Source: a virus
DNA length: 64,000 bases
Strand: one strand, 5' to 3'
IMG/VR virus record: IMGVR_UViG_3300025012_000079
Span: 4,081-68,080 of that record
Positions within the stretch are counted from its first letter, which is position 1. Each line of letters starts with the position of its first letter. The position numbers and the translations under genes were made by a program. Of the stretch, positions 8,902 through 19,709 are shown one piece after another. The notes under the pieces are model-generated. The model did no database searches. It was not told the DNA's origin and was given only the letters and a program-made list of their open reading frames with translations.

Positions 8902-10355
8902 ACAAGAATTGGGATGAGATTCGAGGTAAGGCTGAGCGGGAACAAAATGTTCCAACGAAGAATTTTACTCATGACGGCACTCAGTACGCCTTGACCGGCG
9001 ATCACGAACGGGCGCACTCTCATTTTCACGAAGCACGGGCGCACCTTGGCAAGATGAAGATGATCAACGTCAACAATCTTCCCATCATCTCAGGTATCAA
9101 ATATTTTGATGATGGATCGGTAGCTACGTTCAAGGTCGTGCACGGCAAGGAAGATATTCACATCATTTCGCCAATGACACAACTGGGCGGTGAAGTTCCA
9201 CCTGTACCAAAGAAGAGCGTTGATGAGGTTGAGAAGATTGTTCCGGTTATTAGGAGCGATGATAATCTGCACTGGATTGCTTGCCTATCTGGCACGTTTG
9301 AAGGGCCGTACTATTACTTCCCAAATATTCATGAGATACCGGCAACGGCGTTTGACGATAATGTCGAGGCCGATCTGGACAAACAACTCATTTCTGTTGG
9401 GGTCGATCTTATTGAAGATAGCATTGAACCCCCTGGATTGTTTTTCATCGCTCAGACCGGAATTATCCCTGATGAATATGAATGGGTAGACGGAGATTCA
9501 GGTGCAAGCGAGGTAATATCCCTGTTAGGGCAATCCTCGACAACGTGCGGGGGAGCAATGACCTGGTATGAATCTCTTACAGGTATCCACTCAAATTACA
9601 ACACTCAAGACCTTCTGGTTCTTGGAACAGATATAGGCATCCCAAGTTATTCAAGCTCCACCGAAGATGTGAGGTCGAGAAAGTACATAACAAAATCTGG
9701 AGGCTCCGTGCCTCCCCCTCCGTGGACCGATACTTCCCTTGTCGATTCATTTTATTTTGACGATCCACTTTCATCTTTTAGCGAAGGCGATGATTGGATT
9801 AGAACGATAATTAATGAGAGTACAGTTCCTTGGAACTCTCAATATTCAGTAAGGATTGAGTTGGATGCATACGACAACCTTGCAGTCTGTTATAGGTATC
9901 ATGCCTCTTCTTACTATTATCACGGGGCAAGACCGTTTGAACCTTGTTCTGTCCCATTCCCCGACTACGATGTCTTGACGGAATCGATAACACACCAATA
10001 TTGTGATTATTTCAGGGTTGACACTTCAGTATTTCCTTTGCGCGAAGAGTCAGCAGACGCATATCCGCAGTATGAAGGCAACGGGTTGAAGTATTATGGG
10101 CCTGAAAACATGGCGGCTATCACAGGTTTAATGGCGGCGGGGGTCAGGCAGTTCGACAACTTCAGCGACTATATGTACTGCTATGTCGGCCCTAATTCTG
10201 ACAATGCGTTATCGACCACACTATTTCCTTCTATTGATGGTTTGAGTCGGCACGAAATGTCAGGGGTTATGGGTATTTCTGACGCTGATCTTTTAGGCGT
10301 TTTATTTCAAGGTGAGATTTTCCTCGGTTTAATCAAATACGAGATAGAGGCATAA
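8898..10355 (+). CDS. Putative tail protein
   Basis: 485-aa ORF, ATGA overlap, acidic/aromatic C-terminal part. Confidence 0.55.
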   Translation: MNKNWDEIRGKAEREQNVPTKNFTHDGTQYALTGDHERAHSHFHEARAHLGKMKMINVNNLPIISGIKYFDDGSVATFKVVHGKEDIHIISPMTQLGGEVPPVPKKSVDEVEKIVPVIRSDDNLHWIACLSGTFEGPYYYFPNIHEIPATAFDDNVEADLDKQLISVGVDLIEDSIEPPGLFFIAQTGIIPDEYEWVDGDSGASEVISLLGQSSTTCGGAMTWYESLTGIHSNYNTQDLLVLGTDIGIPSYSSSTEDVRSRKYITKSGGSVPPPPWTDTSLVDSFYFDDPLSSFSEGDDWIRTIINESTVPWNSQYSVRIELDAYDNLAVCYRYHASSYYYHGARPFEPCSVPFPDYDVLTESITHQYCDYFRVDTSVFPLREESADAYPQYEGNGLKYYGPENMAAITGLMAAGVRQFDNFSDYMYCYVGPNSDNALSTTLFPSIDGLSRHEMSGVMGISDADLLGVLFQGEIFLGLIKYEIEA

Positions 10356-10356
10356 T

Positions 10357-12333
10357 ATGGCAGGATTAGGATACCCAGCAGACGACTACGTAACAGAAGA
10401 CCCGTTGACTACAGAGGTCACGCACAGCCTGGTGGCTGGCAGATTCGCGCTTTCACAAGATTATGCTGACCAGACATTCAGCACGGCACTAGGATATTTA
10501 GGAAGTGCAGGAGCAGGGACTAGCGTTGACTTTAATTGGGGTCCACCATCTCCGATTACTATTGGCTCGCCAGCGGGCATATCAGGACTAGTGCCGATTA
10601 CTCCAGTCAGTCCGACGATTACACCAATTAACATTTCTCCAGTAATCTTTACTTCAACTGCTCCGGTACTTGAGGATTATGATATTATTCCTCTGAGTGT
10701 TCCTGAGTTTAATGTTCCGCTGCCGAACTTTTTTATACCAGCAGCGCCGACCACACTGCCACCAACCTTTACACAGACTCCACCGGCAGAACTGGCAATT
10801 AATCTTCCATCTGATGCAGAAATACCTGCAGCGCCACCTCTTCCAGTTCTCAGGGAAATCTTACCTCCTGATGAACCAGTATTTGCACTGCCTGAGTTTG
10901 CAGCAATCTTTCCAACTACTGATTTAACATCTCCTGATCTGGTCTATGTCTGGAATGAGGCGGCCTACGATACTGATTTCAATCGGATGCTGAGACTGAA
11001 GATTGAGGACGGGATTCTCAACGGCGGCCAGGGAATGTTGCCGGAAGTCGAGCAGGCCATCTATGATCGAGCGATTACCCGGCTTGACGCGGAATTGCAG
11101 AAAAATGAATTGCTCGCCCTGAACGACTTCGCCTCCAGGGGTTCACGGCTCCCACAAGGAGCATTGGTTGCGAGATTGAGCGAGGCACAACTTCAGAGCG
11201 CGTTTGTCAGGGAGGATCTGACCAGGGACATTATGGTCAAGTCCGCCGACCTCGCCTACCAGTATTCGACGTTCATCATCGACAAGGGCCTGGCGCTTGA
11301 GCAGTCATACATGACGTTATTCAACAACGTCCAGCAGCGGGCCTTCGAGGCATCCAAGGTAACTCTTGAATTCCTCATTCAGGAATATGATATCCGGGTC
11401 AAAGCCTTCTCGGCGCGGCTGGAAGGGTACAAGACCGAAGCAGAGATTTTCAAAGCAAGATTACAGGCTGAACTTGCCAAGGCAGAACTTTACAAGGCAA
11501 CCATCGAAGGAAGGAAACTTTCTATTGAGATGCAAGCCTTGACTGTTGATCTGTATGGTAAACAACTGGCTGCAATCGATACGATGTCGAAAATCTATCT
11601 TGCCAAAGTAGAAGGTCAGAAAGTCATTTCTGAAATTAATGGAATCAGAGTCGAGCAGTTCCGGGCATATGTTGAGGCATACAAAGCACAGATTGAGGGA
11701 GTTACTGCTGAGTACAATCTCTATCAGGCTAAGATTGCTGGAGAGTCTGAAAAAGCTAAGATGTATTCCTATCAAGTTGAGGGATACGGAAAAGTAGTTG
11801 AGGCATATAAGACTCGCAGTGAGATTGATGTTTCAGTACTTGATGCAAAAGTCAAGAAGAGTCAAGGTGAAGTTAATATCTTCATGGCTGAACTTGAAAA
11901 ATATAAAACAGATATTTCAGCAAACGTCAGTCAAGCAGAAATTCAAGCTAAGGCTGAAGGATTGAAACTTCAGGTTTTTGATGGAGAGATTAAGAAATTT
12001 TCCTCGATTGTTGCTGCTTTAGTAGATAGTTATAAAGCTGAAACTTCAGTAGCAATAGCTAACTCAGAGATTCAGTTACGCTATGGTGATATGCTAGCGA
12101 GAATTGAGACAGCACAGGCTGAAATTAATGCAGAACTGATTAAGGCCAAGGCGCAGATTGCCAGTCAACTTGCAGCTGCGGCACTGTCCAGCGTTAGTGC
12201 AGGAGCCAACTTAGGCTATAGCCAGAGCAGAAGTGATAGCAGTGGCAAGAGTAAATCTTATGGTACTTCCGTATCTGATCAATATAGTTTCAGTCAGAGC
12301 ATAACTGAACGCAACTGTTGTAATGGAGAATAA
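10357..12333 (+). CDS. Virion protein, Pro-rich N-terminus plus long coiled coil
   Basis: 658 aa; composition; position before internal proteins. Confidence 0.6.
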   Translation: MAGLGYPADDYVTEDPLTTEVTHSLVAGRFALSQDYADQTFSTALGYLGSAGAGTSVDFNWGPPSPITIGSPAGISGLVPITPVSPTITPINISPVIFTSTAPVLEDYDIIPLSVPEFNVPLPNFFIPAAPTTLPPTFTQTPPAELAINLPSDAEIPAAPPLPVLREILPPDEPVFALPEFAAIFPTTDLTSPDLVYVWNEAAYDTDFNRMLRLKIEDGILNGGQGMLPEVEQAIYDRAITRLDAELQKNELLALNDFASRGSRLPQGALVARLSEAQLQSAFVREDLTRDIMVKSADLAYQYSTFIIDKGLALEQSYMTLFNNVQQRAFEASKVTLEFLIQEYDIRVKAFSARLEGYKTEAEIFKARLQAELAKAELYKATIEGRKLSIEMQALTVDLYGKQLAAIDTMSKIYLAKVEGQKVISEINGIRVEQFRAYVEAYKAQIEGVTAEYNLYQAKIAGESEKAKMYSYQVEGYGKVVEAYKTRSEIDVSVLDAKVKKSQGEVNIFMAELEKYKTDISANVSQAEIQAKAEGLKLQVFDGEIKKFSSIVAALVDSYKAETSVAIANSEIQLRYGDMLARIETAQAEINAELIKAKAQIASQLAAAALSSVSAGANLGYSQSRSDSSGKSKSYGTSVSDQYSFSQSITERNCCNGE

Positions 12334-13678
12334 TATGACACCTGAAGAGAAAAGAAAATTACTGTTAGATCAGGGATTTTCAAACACAGAAGACCTAGGG
12401 ACAGATCGTCAACCAGTAGGATTACAATATCTAGCTGCACCGGAAAATCAAACTGCTTCTTCTCTGCTTGGTCGTGGTGTTCGTAAGATAGGTGGGCCAC
12501 TTGTATCTGGATTAGCAGGAACTGCCATTGATACAGCTGCACTTATTCCTCGGGCACTTGAACGAGTTGGTAATAATATGTATCGAGGCTTTACTGGCCA
12601 GCCGGCAGATACAAGTCCTTTTGTGATGAATGCTACTACGCAAAGTTTTCTCAATGATGACAAGACAACTCCACTTAAAGACATTCCTGGGCAGGCATTT
12701 GCAGCAGATCCTAATGAAATATCAAGGGAGAAACAGAGAAGTCAATCAAAACTTTCTCAACTTTCAGATCGACCTATCACGCAGCCACAAAAACCAATAT
12801 CACAAATTAATAATAGTAATCCAGCTACTGATAATACTTCACCGAGCAGCATTCAGAAACCTGCCCAGTCTAACTTTTTGTATGCTGAAGATACAGAGAG
12901 AATGAATCGGTTAGGTGGAATTAAGGAAATGCTCAGATCTCCGAATCCTGATATTAATTATTCTATGATGAAAGATGAAAAGACTGGTAAGTCTGTAGTC
13001 AGGGAAACTATTAATGGTTCAGGCAATAATAGTGCTCCTGCGCTTGAGCGTCCATTTGTCAGTGCAAAGAAGTTCAGACAGATTATAGGTTATGATGCTA
13101 ATGAAAATCCAATATATAGTACTGGAGCTGCAGAAATGGCTGCTGCTAATGCTGGAATAGTTAGTTACAACGCAGAACAGATGAATGGATATAATAATCG
13201 AAACAATGCTTGGGCAGCTGAAAATGGAACAGTTCCTCTTCAGAATGCTCAGACAAGTGAAGCAATTGCACATGCTAATGAAATACCATTAACAGGTAAA
13301 TCATTACGTGATTATCAATCTGCACAGATTAAAAATATGGGAACTGGTGTAGATAAAGATAATTTTCTTAAAGTTGTTAATCAGGTTCCTTCTGGAGAAG
13401 TTGATCCAGCTACTGGAATGCAGAAGTTTATATCTGAAGAACAATTATATGATATAAGTGCTGGGAAGTTTATTAATCCAAGAAGACAACAAACAGGTCC
13501 GCAAAATGCTATACTTACTGATCTGAATAGTGGACAAAAACCACAAATGATTTATGAGAAATATTTTTCTTCAATGCCTCATGAACAAGCAATTGCAACT
13601 CTTAATAGTATGCCTCCAGGAGAAGCGAGAAAGCAATTGGCAAAGATGCTTAATGACCGATGGAGTAGTGGTAATTAG
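12323..13678 (+). CDS. Putative internal virion (ejection) protein
   Basis: 451 aa, Q/N/A-rich, precedes the largest gene. Confidence 0.5.
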   Translation: MENNMTPEEKRKLLLDQGFSNTEDLGTDRQPVGLQYLAAPENQTASSLLGRGVRKIGGPLVSGLAGTAIDTAALIPRALERVGNNMYRGFTGQPADTSPFVMNATTQSFLNDDKTTPLKDIPGQAFAADPNEISREKQRSQSKLSQLSDRPITQPQKPISQINNSNPATDNTSPSSIQKPAQSNFLYAEDTERMNRLGGIKEMLRSPNPDINYSMMKDEKTGKSVVRETINGSGNNSAPALERPFVSAKKFRQIIGYDANENPIYSTGAAEMAAANAGIVSYNAEQMNGYNNRNNAWAAENGTVPLQNAQTSEAIAHANEIPLTGKSLRDYQSAQIKNMGTGVDKDNFLKVVNQVPSGEVDPATGMQKFISEEQLYDISAGKFINPRRQQTGPQNAILTDLNSGQKPQMIYEKYFSSMPHEQAIATLNSMPPGEARKQLAKMLNDRWSSGN

Positions 13679-13744
13679 TTATCGCTATACTTAATTAGTT
13701 TAATAAATGCACGTAAGTAAAAACTTTTCAGATGAGCGTGATAA

Positions 13745-16700
13745 ATGCCTGAAATAACTGAAAGTCCATATAAGCAGTTTCTTATTGATGAAAAAGAAGA
13801 AAGTCCTTATAAGCAATTTATGGAAGATAGTTCTGCTTCAGCTACTGTTCCAGAAGATGCGCCTGATTTTATTCCTGGAGTGAAGAGAGGTCTACAGAAT
13901 CTTCAGGCATCTGCTTATGGCGCTACTGCTCTTGCAGGGAAAGGACTTAAAGAACTTGGTGCAGAATCTGTTGGACAGTCTATTCAAGATTTTGGTATGG
14001 AAGGATATCAACGAAATATTGAAGAGGCAAAACAATATCCTGCAAAGCATTCCTTTAAAGATATCTATACCGGTAAGACTGGTATTGGTGGTGCTGTTGA
14101 CTGGGCACAAGGAACCTTAGGTGAACTTGTTCCAAGTATGGCTGAAGCTGCGATTGGTGCTGGTATAGGATCTGTTGTTGCTCCTGGTCCAGGTACTGTT
14201 GCCGGAGGTTTGGCAGGTAGAACTTTGCTTAAGAAAGGAATTGATGAAACTGTCAAGCAGTCGATTAAGCGTGGAATTGGAGATTTGACAGAAGCTCAAG
14301 TAAGGAAACAACTTACGGGCCAAGCACTGAAGAAGTTTGGTGGTAAGGTTGGTATTGCCGGTTCAGTTATGCCTCTTGAGTCTGGTGGAATGTACTCAGA
14401 GATGCTGCAAGAAAAGGGCATTGATGCTCCTGAGACTGCCTTGCTGTTCGGAGCTCTGGCAACATCATTAGAATTTGCTGGTGGTAATAGTAAGTTGGTA
14501 GATACTTTTGTTGATGCCTTGAGCAAGGGATCTACTGGAACAGTTAAGAGATCTGCAAAGGAGTTGCTTACAAATATTCCTCAAGAAGCATTGCAGGAAG
14601 GTGGCCAGGAGCTGCTTAGTGTACTTAATACTGTAGCGAATACAGATGAGAAGTTACTGACTGCTGATAATGTTGAACGAATTATTGAGAGTATGGCTGC
14701 AGGTGCAATAGGCGGTGGCGCCGGTGCAGCAGTTAATGCAGGATTCTCTGCACAAGCTAAAGATCCTGGACCTGAAAAGACTGATGCAGAGCTTGAGCTT
14801 GACCGAAGAGCAACTAATATTCTCAATTTGAAAGAAGATGAACTTAGTAAGAGTGTTCAAACTTTAAATGATACTCTTAACTTGAATAAAGAAATTATTG
14901 ATGATCCTTATAAACTTGATCAGAAAGCAAGAGAGTTAAATGTTGATCCGGCTGAACTAATTAGAAAGACTGTTGAGGAGAATAAAAATAATCAAAGTCT
15001 CTTAGATCGGATTAATTCTGGAATCCAGAAGAAAGAAGAACTTGCTAAGAAAGAATATGAAACGCTTTCTCCTGAAGAGAAGCAGGTTAGAGATATTGAA
15101 AATAAATTATCTACTCATAGGTATGAATCTGCAAGCCAACTTAATGAAAGAATTACAAATATTGATAAGGAGATTACAACTCTCTCTGAACAATATAATA
15201 GTAAGTTTGATCCTTATGCATTAGATGCTAAGACTTCACCAAGTGCAGAAGAAAGAAAAGTAATTGAAGATAAACTTATTACATTGAACAAAAGGCGTAA
15301 TGAGTTACTTGATAAAGAAACTCCTGAGGTTAAGAAGGCCTTTGCTCCATACACTACTAGAGATGGTAGGCAGAAATATCTTGAGGAACTTTTTGGTACA
15401 GTAAATGTAGGAGAGAAGGTTGGTATAGAAAAAGATGCTGCTAAATCAGCAGAAGTTATAGAAAGTGAAATAGTTCCAAAATCTATAGCTGATTATGCAA
15501 ATCAAATAATTGCAAATAAATCTCAAGATAGGGCAGCTTTAAATGATCAGGCACCTTCAAGAACTCCTGAAGAAGAACATAATCTAAGGCAAATTCAAGA
15601 TTATGTAAATTATGTAAAGACATATATAAATAATAGTTTTACTCCTGAAGAAAGAAAGATTATTGAAAATTATTGGCAGGGTGTTAAGAAGGAATTGAAT
15701 CTTCGCCAGGAAGAAATGACTCCTGGGACGGAAGCCTTTATGAGGAAGAAGTTCTTTGAGACGCAGCTTGCTAATATTGAAGGTAATGTCAAAAGTGATA
15801 CAGCATCACAAGTTGGGGCAAAGCAAAATGTTGCTCCATCTTTAGCTGAACAAAACAAACGCCAGGCTTGGTTTCAACAAATTGCTAAAGATCTCGGAGA
15901 TGTTCAGGCCACAAATAGGCAGGCAGTTCAAACTGAGGTTCCTAGAAACTTGCCTAGGGGTTTGCAGAGTGGGTTCACTAATGAACAACAAGTTGCAGGT
16001 GCTCCACAGTTTCAAGTAAGTGAATCAAAAGCTTGGACAACACCACAACAAGAAGTATCTAGTGCAGCCACTTCGATTTCATATCCTACTCCAGAGAAAA
16101 AAGCTCCTATTATTTTTAGTGCTTTTAAAGAAGGAAAAATTAAATTAGGTCCAATTAATGCTGATATAGGTGGAGGTAAATTTGATCAAATTACTAATTG
16201 GTTATTTAATAAGGGAATAAAAAATATTGTTTGGGATAGATTTAATCGAGATGATAAACATAATCTTGCAGCAGAATCTTCCTTACGTGGAGGCAAAGCA
16301 GATACAGCAACTATTAGTAATGTATTAAATGTAATACCTACAAAAGAAGGTAGGATTGCAACTATTGCTACAGCATTTGATAGTATTAAGAATGGTGGTA
16401 ATGCATTTTTTTCTATGTATACTGCGCCAAAGTCTGGAGAAGTTAAGAATCGTGATTCTTATCAGACTGGTATGAAGACAGAAGAGTATGTAGCAGAGAT
16501 AGAAGAAGTATTTGGTAAAGGGTTAGTTATAAGAAAAGGGAATATTATTATAGCCACAAAACAACAAAATAATAATTCTCAGTTTCAAGCAACTGAAAAT
16601 CAAGAAGCATTAGGTAAAGTAAGTCTTGATGATATTAAACTAGATTTCCCTGGACAAGAAATAACACAATCTCCTGATGGAATAATATCAGTTAAGTTCA

Positions 16701-19645
16701 AGAATGGCCAAGGATTAACAATTAATAGCATTCAAAATGCTGGTCAAGGATTTGTTAAGTTAGCAATTGAAACTGGGCAAATGTCAAAGGATGGAAAGAT
16801 CCTTGGCATTACAACGGGTAATGAAATTCTTCTTGATGAGAACTTTGCAGACAATAAGACTCTTTGGCATGAAAACAAGCATGTCCTTGACAATCTTGGA
16901 TTGATTACAGAAGCAGATGATAGCGCTTTGAATAGGGAGTTTAACAAGCTGCGAAAGGCAGGTAAGCTTGATTTTGCTCTTAGTACTTATAATGATCCAA
17001 AGAAGAGTGAGAATGAGAATAAGAAGCAGCGGATGGTTGAAAATCGTGCGAACATGTTTGCTCAGATTATGGTCAACAGAGCTGAATATCGCAACACTGC
17101 GTTTGGTAAAGTGATTCAACGAGTAATGGACTTTTTTCAGCAGATGCTAAGCTTTGGTAAGCAGACTGTTTCTGGATTGGCTCGTGAAGTAGAAAGTGGA
17201 AAGCTTTATGATCGTCAAGCTGAGGCACTCCGTGAAGGTATGCCGATGTTCGAGGTTCGTGAAGAAACAGTTCAGAAGATCAGTGATGATGTTTATCAGC
17301 AAATGTTCAGCGAACGAAATAGTTTAGTTCGTACAATCGGCCAGACTCTTCGTATGCGTGGGCATGAAATTAAGCAGCTCATTGACAAGGGATTGGGGTC
17401 TATATCAACTAGGCTTAAGAACGTAGATCCTATGCTCCGTTCAGAAATTAGAAACCTAGACTTTCGGACTGCACAAAAGATTGTAACTGCATTACGGATT
17501 GCACATCCACTCCTGGAGAAGACTAAACAAATGAGTCCGCAAGACAAGTTTGTTTGGGATGCAGCTAGGAGAAACTCAGACGAGGTTAAGATAAAAGAAA
17601 TTGCAGAAAAATACAACATGACCGCTGATCAGGAAAAGCTGCGAGCAGTCTTAGATCAAATTAGACAAGATGCAATTGATGTTGGTTATGATGTTGGTTT
17701 TATCGAAGAATACTGGCCTCGCATAATTAAAGATCAGGAAGGATTCTTGCAGGCTACTAAAGGAATTTCTCAGCGACCAGTTATTACTGATGCAATCAAA
17801 GTTTATGCAGACAAACTTGGAATGACAGTTGAAAAGTTTGAAATTGAGTATCCTGAACAAGCAGCCGATATTGCAAGCAACACAATCCTTGGCAGGAACC
17901 TCGGTATTGGTGGACCAGGCAATATTCAAGCCAGGCAATATGAAACTGTTCCACCAGAATTGAATAAGTTCTACATGGATAGTGATGCAGCATTGATGCA
18001 ATACATCTATAGTATGACAAAGAAAATTGAAGCTAGACGTTTCTTTGGTAAGGTTCCAGAAAGAATAGCAACACTAAAGACTGAGAAGAAACGAAAGCAG
18101 GTAATGCTCACAGAGTATGAAAAATCCAACAATGCTACGCGCATAGAAGATGTTTCTGGTGACTTATTGCGAATCGAACAAGAATTGGATAAGTACAAAC
18201 TTCAGCGTGACTATACTGAGAATATTGGAACATATATTAATGATCTTCGAATGTCTGGTCGAATCCAAGCAGATGATGAAAAAGTAGTTAGAGATATTCT
18301 TGATGCTAGGTTCCATGAGCATGGAGCTACAGGAATAGTTAATGCCTACAAAAATATGTCATACATCGACGTAATGGGTTCGCCAATATCTGCACTGACT
18401 CAGATCGGTGATTTGGCCTGGGCAATGTATGTAGGCAAGGTATGGACACCACGTGGCTTAGCTGATACAATTAAGAATGTCGGTAAAGCCATAACTAAGA
18501 AGTCTGAAATAACTAAGGAAGACCTCGGAATTGAAAGGATAGCTCAGGAGTTTGCAGACGGAACTACGTTGGGGAATGCAGTAAGTTGGGTATTCAAAAA
18601 AGTGCAGCTTGAACGTATTGACTCGATAGGCAAAGAGACATTAATCAACAATGCGTTTAGCAACTACAAAGCTATGGCCAGTACAGAGGCTGGAAGGCAA
18701 GCATTGTTGAAGCAAATCAAACCGATCTTTGGCACACAGTCTGAAAGTGTAATAAATGATTTGCTTGCAGATAATCCTACAGACAACGTTAAGATGTTAC
18801 TGTACCATAGGTTGCTTGACTTTCAACCTGTAGCACTTTCTGAAATGTCAGAGCAATATCTCAAGAGTGGAAATGGTCGAGTATTTTATATGCTCAAGAC
18901 ATACACACTTAAGCAGTTTGATGTCTTCCGAAATGAGGCTTGGCACAAAATTAAAACGGGTGAACGGGATCAGGTTATTGAAGGAATTGGTAACATGATC
19001 AAGCTGGTAAGTTTACTTACACTTGCGAATGCAGGCGCGGATGAACTGAAAGACTGGATGTTGGGGAAAGAAACTAAGTTTGAAGATCACGTGATTGAAA
19101 ACTTCTTAACCATGGGCGGAGCATCAAAGTTTGTAAGGATGCAAACTACTAGGGAAGGTCTTGGCTCTGGATTGATCGGACAGATCTTGCCACCCTTCAG
19201 ATTTGTAAACTCCGTCAGTAAGGATCTTAACCAATTGTATGGATCTTACATTACTGGTGATACAATTGATTTTGATCATGCAAGAATTGTTGAATCCATT
19301 CCGATTGGGGGTAAGATTTATTATTGGCACTACGGACGAGGAGAAGATTATAAAAAGTCTAGCAATGAACAAGAGTTTGGTAAGATCAGTAAGGAAGTAG
19401 ATATATTCAAGAAGCAGCTTGAAAACTCGGAAGACAAGCGAACTTTCTTGAACTCAAACCTGGATGGATTCAAGCAAATGAAATTGCATGAAAACTTTCA
19501 GAGTGCTCTCAATCGGAATCAAGCGGTGATTAATAAGTTGAAAAAGATTGATCAGACAACAAATGTGAGAGAACGCTTGGGCCAGTTGCAGCAGCAACGA
19601 GAGGTGATCTTGAAAAGATATTTTGACGTAACAAATATGGAATAG
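13745..19645 (+). CDS. Large polyvalent internal virion protein with SAM-methyltransferase-like and HExxH domains
   Basis: 1966 aa, last structural gene; Gly/Ala-rich N-terminus; DIGGGK..SNVLNVI; LWHENKH. Confidence 0.7.
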   Translation: MPEITESPYKQFLIDEKEESPYKQFMEDSSASATVPEDAPDFIPGVKRGLQNLQASAYGATALAGKGLKELGAESVGQSIQDFGMEGYQRNIEEAKQYPAKHSFKDIYTGKTGIGGAVDWAQGTLGELVPSMAEAAIGAGIGSVVAPGPGTVAGGLAGRTLLKKGIDETVKQSIKRGIGDLTEAQVRKQLTGQALKKFGGKVGIAGSVMPLESGGMYSEMLQEKGIDAPETALLFGALATSLEFAGGNSKLVDTFVDALSKGSTGTVKRSAKELLTNIPQEALQEGGQELLSVLNTVANTDEKLLTADNVERIIESMAAGAIGGGAGAAVNAGFSAQAKDPGPEKTDAELELDRRATNILNLKEDELSKSVQTLNDTLNLNKEIIDDPYKLDQKARELNVDPAELIRKTVEENKNNQSLLDRINSGIQKKEELAKKEYETLSPEEKQVRDIENKLSTHRYESASQLNERITNIDKEITTLSEQYNSKFDPYALDAKTSPSAEERKVIEDKLITLNKRRNELLDKETPEVKKAFAPYTTRDGRQKYLEELFGTVNVGEKVGIEKDAAKSAEVIESEIVPKSIADYANQIIANKSQDRAALNDQAPSRTPEEEHNLRQIQDYVNYVKTYINNSFTPEERKIIENYWQGVKKELNLRQEEMTPGTEAFMRKKFFETQLANIEGNVKSDTASQVGAKQNVAPSLAEQNKRQAWFQQIAKDLGDVQATNRQAVQTEVPRNLPRGLQSGFTNEQQVAGAPQFQVSESKAWTTPQQEVSSAATSISYPTPEKKAPIIFSAFKEGKIKLGPINADIGGGKFDQITNWLFNKGIKNIVWDRFNRDDKHNLAAESSLRGGKADTATISNVLNVIPTKEGRIATIATAFDSIKNGGNAFFSMYTAPKSGEVKNRDSYQTGMKTEEYVAEIEEVFGKGLVIRKGNIIIATKQQNNNSQFQATENQEALGKVSLDDIKLDFPGQEITQSPDGIISVKFKNGQGLTINSIQNAGQGFVKLAIETGQMSKDGKILGITTGNEILLDENFADNKTLWHENKHVLDNLGLITEADDSALNREFNKLRKAGKLDFALSTYNDPKKSENENKKQRMVENRANMFAQIMVNRAEYRNTAFGKVIQRVMDFFQQMLSFGKQTVSGLAREVESGKLYDRQAEALREGMPMFEVREETVQKISDDVYQQMFSERNSLVRTIGQTLRMRGHEIKQLIDKGLGSISTRLKNVDPMLRSEIRNLDFRTAQKIVTALRIAHPLLEKTKQMSPQDKFVWDAARRNSDEVKIKEIAEKYNMTADQEKLRAVLDQIRQDAIDVGYDVGFIEEYWPRIIKDQEGFLQATKGISQRPVITDAIKVYADKLGMTVEKFEIEYPEQAADIASNTILGRNLGIGGPGNIQARQYETVPPELNKFYMDSDAALMQYIYSMTKKIEARRFFGKVPERIATLKTEKKRKQVMLTEYEKSNNATRIEDVSGDLLRIEQELDKYKLQRDYTENIGTYINDLRMSGRIQADDEKVVRDILDARFHEHGATGIVNAYKNMSYIDVMGSPISALTQIGDLAWAMYVGKVWTPRGLADTIKNVGKAITKKSEITKEDLGIERIAQEFADGTTLGNAVSWVFKKVQLERIDSIGKETLINNAFSNYKAMASTEAGRQALLKQIKPIFGTQSESVINDLLADNPTDNVKMLLYHRLLDFQPVALSEMSEQYLKSGNGRVFYMLKTYTLKQFDVFRNEAWHKIKTGERDQVIEGIGNMIKLVSLLTLANAGADELKDWMLGKETKFEDHVIENFLTMGGASKFVRMQTTREGLGSGLIGQILPPFRFVNSVSKDLNQLYGSYITGDTIDFDHARIVESIPIGGKIYYWHYGRGEDYKKSSNEQEFGKISKEVDIFKKQLENSEDKRTFLNSNLDGFKQMKLHENFQSALNRNQAVINKLKKIDQTTNVRERLGQLQQQREVILKRYFDVTNME

Positions 19646-19653
19646 TAAATAAG

Positions 19654-19697
19654 AAAGCCAGAGCGCATGAAACAGTATGGGTTCTGGCTTTTGTTTT
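19654..19697. terminator. Intrinsic terminator between convergent gene blocks, probably bidirectional
   Basis: AAAGCCAGAGC...GTTCTGGCTTT stem, T tract on right, A-rich on left. Confidence 0.75.
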
Positions 19698-19709
19698 CAT
19701 ATAATTGTA

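Noticed and set aside
7038-10355. Diversity-generating retroelement targeting tail genes
   Set aside because: No reverse transcriptase, and no adenine-variant TR/VR repeat pair was noticed
13745-19645. N4-like virion RNA polymerase
   Set aside because: No T7-type polymerase motifs recognised, and it is much shorter than N4 vRNAP
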